In this document: one piece after another, positions 57,185-64,000 of the stretch
Position numbering within the stretch: the first letter of the stretch is position 1
Layout of the letters: the number at the start of each line of letters is the position of its first letter
Assembly (NCBI GenBank): GCA_949840805.1
Contig: CATKXR010000018.1
Span: 4,096-68,095 of the forward strand
Source: an uncultured Lachnospiraceae bacterium
GTDB taxonomy: Bacteria; Bacillota; Clostridia; Lachnospirales; Lachnospiraceae
Length of the DNA stretch: 64,000 nt
Direction of reading: 5' to 3'
Notes under the pieces: model-generated
What the model saw: the letters and a program-made list of their open reading frames with translations, nothing else
Told to the model about the DNA's origin: nothing
The model's database searches: none
Made by a program: the position numbers and the translations under genes

Positions 57185-57236
57185 AGTGTGTTTGAAGCGA
57201 CATACTTCTGACAGAAAGCAATTTTCAAACACGCTC
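57184..57236. repeat. Short inverted-repeat (REP/MITE-like) element
   Basis: GAGTGTGTTTGAA...TTCAAACACGCTC (13 bp, 1 mismatch). Confidence 0.6.
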
Positions 57237-57267
57237 CAGAGTATTCTGATACACTAAGGAGAGATTC

Positions 57268-57699
57268 TTGAGAATGAGCAAACCTATTTCAAAGGGTATT
57301 TTCTGGTTTATCTGTGGATTCAATGAAATGGATGAGTGCGATTTTTCGGAGACAGAACTGATTGCTTTTCCTGTGCCATGTGACAGGGATGGGAGAGTAA
57401 CAGGGGATTGGGATTTTAATTCCAAAAGGGAGAATGCATATAATCATAAAAAAACATGGACGTCTTTTGTAAAACACCGAAAAGATTTAAGAAAATATGG
57501 ATGGAACTATTTTCCAAGGGGGAGGGTTGAGATATCAGGCGGCAGAGTGTTTTTGTATGTGAATATCAATATGATCAGGTATGAGAATTTTAAACGGGAT
57601 ATTATGGACAAGTTTCATTTGGACGGGCTTGCTGTCAGGGTGATTGTGGATAATTCCAGGCATTATTATTGTCACGAAGATGATAAAGGTATACAATAA
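57268..57699 (+). CDS. Hypothetical protein (NH...W, YFPRGRVEI, HY motifs)
   Basis: RBS AAGGAG; conserved-looking motifs. Confidence 0.72.
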   Translation: MRMSKPISKGIFWFICGFNEMDECDFSETELIAFPVPCDRDGRVTGDWDFNSKRENAYNHKKTWTSFVKHRKDLRKYGWNYFPRGRVEISGGRVFLYVNINMIRYENFKRDIMDKFHLDGLAVRVIVDNSRHYYCHEDDKGIQ

Positions 57700-57742
57700 T
57701 CTATGGAAGAATGCTCCGGAAGCTGTTTGGAGGTAATTGTGG

Positions 57743-58528
57743 ATGAGTACATATGTTATGACAGATATTCATGGGCATTTTGACGCTATGAAACGTATGC
57801 TTGATAAAATCGGATTTTCTAAAGAGGACAGGCTGATCTGTGCAGGCGATTATATTGACAGAGGGCCAAATAGTTATGAGATGCTTCGGTGGATAGAAAG
57901 TCCCGGGGAAAATATCGTTCTGGTGAGAGGAAACCATGATGAGGAATTTCGCTATTGCGTGGAAGTTATGGGAATGATTTTTAGGAAACGCGGGCTGGAT
58001 CCTGCCAGTGTGGAGGATACCCTGGCCGTGTATGGGACAGTCAGAAAGATAACTTCCTATTTTGACCTGTATGGGACCATAGGGAATCTTGTTAAGGAAA
58101 GGAGGATGGCCTTTGAGCAGTTGTCAGTGTGGGCAGAGTGCGTCGGAAAAATGCCCTATTATTATGAGACTGTGATGAACGAGAGAAGGTGTATCGTTGT
58201 CCATGGCGGGTATATTGAGAGCCTTGGGTGTCTGGAAGGACGGGATACGGATGATTCTTATGACTCATTGGAGGACTTTTATCTGAAAGCAAGGGACGAC
58301 GCTTATATTTTTGGAGGCGTGGAACATGGGATGATTCTTGCGGGCCATACTCCCACTACGGCAAGGTATGAACTGCCGTTTAATCATGGAAAGGTTTACC
58401 GGGTTTATGATGAAAAGATGGATTGTATTTTTTATGATTTGGACTGCGGTTATGGGTTTAAAGACGTTTTGCCGGAAGCGAAGCTGGCTTGTTTGAGGCT
58501 GGAGGATGAGAGGGTATTTTATCTTTAG
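57743..58528 (+). CDS. Calcineurin-like metallophosphoesterase (Ser/Thr phosphatase-like)
   Basis: TDIHG, GDYIDRG, RGNHD, VHGG, GHTP, DCG. Confidence 0.92.
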   Translation: MSTYVMTDIHGHFDAMKRMLDKIGFSKEDRLICAGDYIDRGPNSYEMLRWIESPGENIVLVRGNHDEEFRYCVEVMGMIFRKRGLDPASVEDTLAVYGTVRKITSYFDLYGTIGNLVKERRMAFEQLSVWAECVGKMPYYYETVMNERRCIVVHGGYIESLGCLEGRDTDDSYDSLEDFYLKARDDAYIFGGVEHGMILAGHTPTTARYELPFNHGKVYRVYDEKMDCIFYDLDCGYGFKDVLPEAKLACLRLEDERVFYL

Positions 58529-58582
58529 AATCATTTTTGAGACACAGAGAAAAGAAATGGAAATTATAATGGAGACGATATT

Positions 58583-59371
58583 GTGAAGAAATGGCTGGAT
58601 GATGTCAGGCGTGACGCAATCTGCAAGTTGAGGAAAGATAAGTTTGGACGGAAAAAGCTAAAAGATGCGGTGGATGGGATTATGGAGCTTTATGATATCA
58701 GGCAAGCAGGGGGGCTGATTGCCCTTGAAGATGCGGCAGGAGAGGCAGAGCCGGATTTTTTGAAACATTTGATTTTGTTAACAGCACATGAGGTTAGCCC
58801 CCAACTGACAGCCGAAATCGCAACCAATGAATACTGGACAAATGAGCCGGGGGGCGTGGATGCCATGGTGGATTATATGTGTTTAAGAGGAATGGTAGGT
58901 ATTCAAAAGTGGGAAAGTAAGGAAATGCTTAGGAATGTTCTGTTAAGTCTGATGCCCGCTAAACAGCGAAAAGAATATGAGAAGCTCACATGTAAGAGGA
59001 AAAAGAAACAGGAACGGCTGCATAAAAAAGAGATTAGAAAAAGGCTTTCTGCTATGTGTCCAACGTTCAAACATAAGGAAGTGTCGGAAGCGGTACAACT
59101 GCTGGCAATTAAAATGAATGAATTACCGGATCTATGTGTGCAGAGATTGGTGCGAGAGGTAGATTGTCATGATTTGGCCGGCTGTGTATATGCTTTTGAC
59201 CAGGGAACACGGACAAAGGTTCTTGAGAATCTCAGTACACGGTATAGAAATGTGGTGGAGGAGGAAGCGGTGAAGTGGCTGTTTTCTGATGAAGAAACCC
59301 TGGCTGCCAGTGTGAATAAAGTGATTGATATAATCGGAATTTTGAAGAAAAGAGGGGAATTTGTGTTATGA
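58583..59371 (+). CDS. Soluble MotA-like segment / FliG C-terminal domain protein, paralogue 1
   Basis: GLIALE....EPDFLK and VQRLVREVD..DLA......TRTKVLENLSTR....VEEE...KVIDII..L..RGE. Confidence 0.75.
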   Translation: MKKWLDDVRRDAICKLRKDKFGRKKLKDAVDGIMELYDIRQAGGLIALEDAAGEAEPDFLKHLILLTAHEVSPQLTAEIATNEYWTNEPGGVDAMVDYMCLRGMVGIQKWESKEMLRNVLLSLMPAKQRKEYEKLTCKRKKKQERLHKKEIRKRLSAMCPTFKHKEVSEAVQLLAIKMNELPDLCVQRLVREVDCHDLAGCVYAFDQGTRTKVLENLSTRYRNVVEEEAVKWLFSDEETLAASVNKVIDIIGILKKRGEFVL

Positions 59372-60273
59372 ATTATGAAGAAATGAATGAAAAATATGGG
59401 TGTACAGTAGAGAATTTTATTAAAGATACGGAAACAGAGTATTCTATTTGTCGTGAGGAACGGCAGTATGCTGTTTTATTGTATAATATACTGCGTTTTT
59501 ACCGGAAACCGGAGATGCGTTCTGGAAAGGTAGAAAGGATATTTACGGTTTGTGGAATACCAAAGGAAGCGAAGATTAAAAAGGTCTTTTATGAGGCGAC
59601 CTTTATGCGGGACTTTTTTGAGAGAAACCGGCGTCTGGTTCTGGGAAAAGGCGAAGATGGGAAAATGCCGGGTATCCTGATACAAAAGAAGTTTACCCGT
59701 AAAAGGAAGTCTATGGACCGGAATGACGCTTTTAATTATAGACTGATAGAATATGTACATAAAGGAAAAGTTGAAGATTATAAAGATGAGGATTTGGAAT
59801 ACGGAGATAAGGATCTGAAATATAAAGATAAGGACTTGAAATACAATTTAGGCCGTTATGTGCCTCATGCTTTATTGTCAAAGGATGAAAAATTTACAAT
59901 CAAATGTATGATGGAAGCGAAACCGGATATTGCCGTGTTGTATGAAAAAAATGATACGGAATATCTTCTGTTTTTGGAATGTAAATTTGAGTCCGGTGAA
60001 TCATCCTATTCAAATAAAGGGAAATCAACGAAAAAGAAGCAGAGCGAGATTCAATGGATGATTGCTGATTTTCTGTGCAGAACTTATTTAAAGGGAAAGG
60101 CTGAAGTATCAGAAAGCATGGAAAAGAAAAAAAGCTCCTGTCTTGTCCGGTTTGTACGTGAATATGGAGAAAAAACAGAGGAAAAAGAAAAAACAGAGAA
60201 AGAAATTAAGATTAGCGATTTGGTTAATCTTAACAGGAAAGAAATCTTTCATGAAGAAGAAACCACTGTCTAA
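59368..60273 (+). CDS. Putative PD-(D/E)XK nuclease with internal 7-aa repeat
   Basis: KPDIAV...FLECKFESGE motif; ATGA overlap with the upstream gene. Confidence 0.65.
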   Translation: MNYEEMNEKYGCTVENFIKDTETEYSICREERQYAVLLYNILRFYRKPEMRSGKVERIFTVCGIPKEAKIKKVFYEATFMRDFFERNRRLVLGKGEDGKMPGILIQKKFTRKRKSMDRNDAFNYRLIEYVHKGKVEDYKDEDLEYGDKDLKYKDKDLKYNLGRYVPHALLSKDEKFTIKCMMEAKPDIAVLYEKNDTEYLLFLECKFESGESSYSNKGKSTKKKQSEIQWMIADFLCRTYLKGKAEVSESMEKKKSSCLVRFVREYGEKTEEKEKTEKEIKISDLVNLNRKEIFHEEETTV

Positions 60274-60348
60274 AACGGGTACGTCTTACTTCTGTCGTTG
60301 TACATTTAGAGGAAGTGTTACAATGGCATCACAGGGAGGTAAGAACCT

Positions 60349-61374
60349 ATGGCAGACTTAAGCAGGTGGATATATTCTCCGGACATTGCCGCATGGCTGT
60401 CCGCCGGCCGGCCCTTAGACCTTGCAGAACAGACAGACTGCATCCTTTCGGCGCCTCACAGGACTCTGGAAGAAAAGCTGGAGGGCCTGCGGGAGCTTAA
60501 AAAGGAGGAGGAAGGCCTGCCTCGTCTTGGGGAAGGCAAGGCTTTGGAAGACTTGGAGAAAAGAATTGATATCGGAGAAACTCTGGAAGAAATCATGGAT
60601 CAATGCGGCGGGCTTCGCCACCAGTATGAGGCCGATATTTTCTTTCATGGACAGAAAGAGGAATTTTTGAAAAGAAGAATCTTTACCATCCCCGGGGCGG
60701 GGATTGATTTTATCAAGGAACAGATAAAGGAAGCCTCAGGCAGATATGAACTTGCCCCAGAATATTTTTTCGGCGTTCTTGGGAAATTTTGCCGGAGGGG
60801 CGTCCGATACTTTGAGCGGGAATGGAACATGATCCTCAGTCCGGAGGGGAAGCTCCTTTACTGTCTGCCGGAAACCGCGGAGGCCATCCGAAGAAGCGAT
60901 TATTGGTTTGGCCCCATGGACTATCATTACATGAGGCTTCCCTATCCATCGGGAACTGTTGTGGAGACTGTTCCCTCTTCCTTTTTTCCGTCCGTAAAGG
61001 GTGTGGTGGTAAGCAAAGCGGAGCCGGGGGAGGAGGAGTTCTTGAAAGAGGATGAGCAATGGCTTCTGTATCCGGCTGATCTGTATAGGGGCCGGAGCGG
61101 GGGAATCGGCGTGACGCCCCTGAACAACTATACGTCCATCCTGTTCGGCGGAGAATTTGTCCTGCCTTTTGTCCAATTCTTGAGAAGAAAAGAGGGGACA
61201 TTTTCTGAGAGTGAAAAGTGGCTGAAGGACTTAGGAGCGTTGATTCGGAGGGATAAGAGCAGCTTTGCCATGATTTTAAAGGATGGGCAGCCGGGGGAGA
61301 GGTCCGGGGCCTGTGAAAGCAGGCAAAGGTATGTGGAAGAATTATGGGAAAGGTGTGGACAGTCTGGGGGATAA
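60349..61374 (+). CDS. Hypothetical protein, unknown family A paralogue 3
   Basis: RBS GGGAGG; N-terminal motif shared with the 52463 and 54975 ORFs. Confidence 0.8.
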   Translation: MADLSRWIYSPDIAAWLSAGRPLDLAEQTDCILSAPHRTLEEKLEGLRELKKEEEGLPRLGEGKALEDLEKRIDIGETLEEIMDQCGGLRHQYEADIFFHGQKEEFLKRRIFTIPGAGIDFIKEQIKEASGRYELAPEYFFGVLGKFCRRGVRYFEREWNMILSPEGKLLYCLPETAEAIRRSDYWFGPMDYHYMRLPYPSGTVVETVPSSFFPSVKGVVVSKAEPGEEEFLKEDEQWLLYPADLYRGRSGGIGVTPLNNYTSILFGGEFVLPFVQFLRRKEGTFSESEKWLKDLGALIRRDKSSFAMILKDGQPGERSGACESRQRYVEELWERCGQSGG

Positions 61375-61420
61375 CGAAAAAGTTATTGGGTTTATTTGCG
61401 GGAAGGGGGAGTGGAATTTT

Positions 61421-62554
61421 ATGATAAAGATAGGTGAGACGGTGGAAAACGCCGTAAAGGATTATGGAAAAGAAGCTTTTTTGAACCACAGGGAAGAGGT
61501 TTACAGAGCCATAGAGGCGGCCTGTTTCTGCGCGGAGTTTCTCCAGAACCAGGAGGACTGGGGCAGCAGGCGGGCGATTCCTGTGAGGAAAAGCTGTTCC
61601 CGGGAATGGTGGGAGGAGAACTTTTCAGAGCGCCGTGACTATGATCTGCGGCGGGAAGAGCTGTGGAGATTAAGATGCGAGCTGGCACATGGTTTTGCAG
61701 AGAAAGACATCCCTCTTAAAAATTTTCTTTGTCAGGGAATTGATCTGATGATAAAGGATTACCGGTATGATCCGGAAACCTGGACAGAGCTTATGGAGAC
61801 ACAGATGATGACGGATTCGTACAGGGATTACCGGGCCTTTGAGGAGTCTGTCTATTTCCTTGGGCTTTTGGAGACAGGTAAATTTCAGTGTGGAATCAAC
61901 TATCATTTTTTCCGGGGAGATTTCCGTGAGGCAGAGCATTTCCTGAAATGTCTGGCCCACTGGATTCCGGAGGAGGAAGGCGACAATTACCAGGAGTTTT
62001 GTGTCCAATGCCTTAAGGATATGGAGAGAAAAAGAATGGACACCATAAAAAGAACTTTGGAGGAACGGGACCGAAGGTTAAAGAACATGCAGGAGGAAAA
62101 AGGGGGGATTCCGGTTCTGGAGCTTTTTCATAAGAAAATAGGGGAGATGACAGAAAAAGAATTTGGACAGTTTGTCACGGCTCAGTTTGAGGAGTATGCG
62201 TATGGGGAGTCGGAAGAATTGAGTCAGGAAGCAGACCTTCAGGCAGGGAAAATCACCAGAATCCGCAAACTGGCGGAGTTGTTTGTCTATGGGGACAGTG
62301 GGTTGAAAAAACGGTTTTTTCAATATTTATCCGGGGAAGAACAGATGTTGGTCATGGGGCAGTGGATGGCGGATTTCTACCCGTCCAATGGAGAAAAGCT
62401 GGCAAGGAGACTTGTGGATATGCTTTACGCCGTACAGCGGGAGGGGATGTGGGACAGGGATGAAAATGGTATGAGCGAACATGAGAAAACGGTCTATGCT
62501 TCTCTGGAAAAAATTATGGGAAGAGATATTATAGAAAAATATGGGATGCTATAG
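61421..62554 (+). CDS. Divergent MotA-like/FliG-C-like protein, paralogue 2
   Basis: DIPLKNFLCQGIDLM...DPE and LAELF......LKKRFFQYLS; shares blocks with the 62593 ORF. Confidence 0.6.
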   Translation: MIKIGETVENAVKDYGKEAFLNHREEVYRAIEAACFCAEFLQNQEDWGSRRAIPVRKSCSREWWEENFSERRDYDLRREELWRLRCELAHGFAEKDIPLKNFLCQGIDLMIKDYRYDPETWTELMETQMMTDSYRDYRAFEESVYFLGLLETGKFQCGINYHFFRGDFREAEHFLKCLAHWIPEEEGDNYQEFCVQCLKDMERKRMDTIKRTLEERDRRLKNMQEEKGGIPVLELFHKKIGEMTEKEFGQFVTAQFEEYAYGESEELSQEADLQAGKITRIRKLAELFVYGDSGLKKRFFQYLSGEEQMLVMGQWMADFYPSNGEKLARRLVDMLYAVQREGMWDRDENGMSEHEKTVYASLEKIMGRDIIEKYGML

Positions 62555-62592
62555 TGCAGGATTAAGGATTCATATAGAAACGGGAGAAAAGA

Positions 62593-63426
62593 ATGGAACA
62601 ATCTTTGGAGACTTTGAAAAGGAAAGCGTTAGCATACGCCGGGGTAGCCTTTGAGGTGTACAGAGAGCAGATATTTGCGGCGCTGCAGTTTATGTGCTTA
62701 TGCAGCTTTGTGGCCAGGCAGAGCGGGCTTTTGGCATTGGATGAAGTAGTACAGCCAGAGGATCGGGACAGCTTAAGAGAGAATGAAGGAGCGATGGGAC
62801 TGGTGATTTCCATGGCGGAGAAGGACATGCCCTTGAAGGAGCTGCTGCTTTACATCATACGCAGAATCGTAGATGCCGCGGACTGGGATGAGGTGGAGGA
62901 AGAAATTCTGATGCAGGCGGCAGAGAGCGGGTGTTCCGGCTATGAGTGGTATGTGGTCATGATCTATCTGTCAGGCGGAAAGAACATAGTGGCAGGAGTG
63001 GAGCTGGAGAGATGGTTTCTTATGTTACGGGTGATGGTACCGGAGCAATGGCTGGAGGATTATGACAGATATTGCCAGGCATGGACAGAGAAAGAGCAGG
63101 CGGAAAAACGAATATGGTATGAAGAATCAGTAAAGGAGAGCTTTGCGAAAGAGACTTCCGTGAAAACGGCTTTTAACAGGGTGTTCGGGGAGATGGGGCC
63201 GGAAACGCTTAAATATGTTATAAGAGAACTGGATTACAAGACTTTGGCAGCAGGAACCGCCTTTGCAGAGCAAGCAGTCAGAACACGTTTTCTGAAAAAT
63301 CTGTCCAAGCGGCGGAGAGAGCGTGTGATGGAGGAATGGGGCAAAAGGGACTATGCCTATCATTTGGAAGATATACTTGACGCTATGGACAGGATGCTGA
63401 TCCTGGCCGGCCTGGCGGGAATTTGA
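62593..63426 (+). CDS. Soluble MotA-like segment / FliG C-terminal domain protein, paralogue 3
   Basis: ARQSGLLALDE...RIVDA and LKYVIRELD.KTLA......VRTRFLKNLSKRRRERVMEE. Confidence 0.75.
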   Translation: MEQSLETLKRKALAYAGVAFEVYREQIFAALQFMCLCSFVARQSGLLALDEVVQPEDRDSLRENEGAMGLVISMAEKDMPLKELLLYIIRRIVDAADWDEVEEEILMQAAESGCSGYEWYVVMIYLSGGKNIVAGVELERWFLMLRVMVPEQWLEDYDRYCQAWTEKEQAEKRIWYEESVKESFAKETSVKTAFNRVFGEMGPETLKYVIRELDYKTLAAGTAFAEQAVRTRFLKNLSKRRRERVMEEWGKRDYAYHLEDILDAMDRMLILAGLAGI

Positions 63427-63533
63427 CCCGTCATACTATTGACGTCATATATAGATCCGGTGTGATATACTGCCACTATCAAAGACGCACATTGACAACA
63501 GAAAAGTCATTTTACCATTTAAGGAGGCAAGGA

Positions 63534-64000
63534 ATGAATTATTTATGTCTGGCAGTGCTGAGAGAAGTGGCAGGAAGTGAAAGCGGCAGCAGGGAGCAGG
63601 TCCGGGAATATTTCCGGGAAAAATTCGGGGACTGCGTGAAAGCGAAGCTAGAGGAGGAAAAAAAGAGGATGGAGGGCAGGATTCGATATTATGACCGGAG
63701 GGAGGAAAAGCATAAAGGAGAGCCGGAGGTAAAAGCGGAATGTCAGTGGCGCAGAGAAGCGGCCTGGAAGGAACTGAAACGTATTGAAAGCCAGATGGGA
63801 GAGGGGCAGGAAGGGATTCAGGTGTGGAATTATGAAGAAAAAGGAGAATCGGGCTTTGAAATCCTGGATAAATTCAACATGGACGGGCATGTTTTGATGC
63901 TTCGCATGGCCAAGGTGTCCCGTACAGGCAGCCATTTTCAGGTTGTGGAGGAGACCTGGTCTTATATGGTGTGGAGAGAAGCCGGGGACAGGGGGATCAT
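63534..64000 (+). CDS. Hypothetical protein, 3'-truncated by the window end
   Basis: RBS AAGGAGG; ATG 63534 (MNYLCLAVL...); frame open to the end; absent from the ORF track because it has no stop. Confidence 0.7.
   Translation, partial: MNYLCLAVLREVAGSESGSREQVREYFREKFGDCVKAKLEEEKKRMEGRIRYYDRREEKHKGEPEVKAECQWRREAAWKELKRIESQMGEGQEGIQVWNYEEKGESGFEILDKFNMDGHVLMLRMAKVSRTGSHFQVVEETWSYMVWREAGDRGI

Noticed and set aside
58583-63426. Calling these genes fliG or motA
   Set aside because: They lack the FliG N and M domains and the MotA TM helices, and have no flagellar context

Overview
Chromosomal segment of a Firmicute, probably a Lachnospiraceae-like gut clostridium (inferred from gene content and AGGAGG RBSs). 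From left to right: a Yeh-like MoxR ATPase/DUF5682/VWA operon; hslO; a nucleoside catabolism operon (udp-deoC-cdd-deoB); cspA; a Sel1-repeat protein; and a LysR-linked tricarboxylate cluster (2-HCT transporter, RraA-type aldolase, aconitase, IDH-like enzyme, PrpF, YbhJ-like hydratase, AEC transporter). Next come GH31, an OYE-family reductase, perR-rubrerythrin, a Gfo/Idh/MocA oxidoreductase and pgi. An AT-rich islet follows, carrying an unusual three-methyltransferase-domain plus Mrr-type nuclease locus, then a pfk/TIM-like/LarA-like/aldolase operon and two transporters. From about 49 kb to the end is an accessory island: a DUF4160 pair, two PD-(D/E)XK nucleases, a candidate type I toxin-antitoxin locus, a near-perfect four-way-junction element, three paralogues of an unknown family, and three soluble proteins that appear to fuse a MotA-like cytoplasmic segment to a FliG C-terminal domain. 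I saw no rRNA, tRNA, CRISPR array, integrase or transposase. All calls come from reading motifs by eye; no database search was run.
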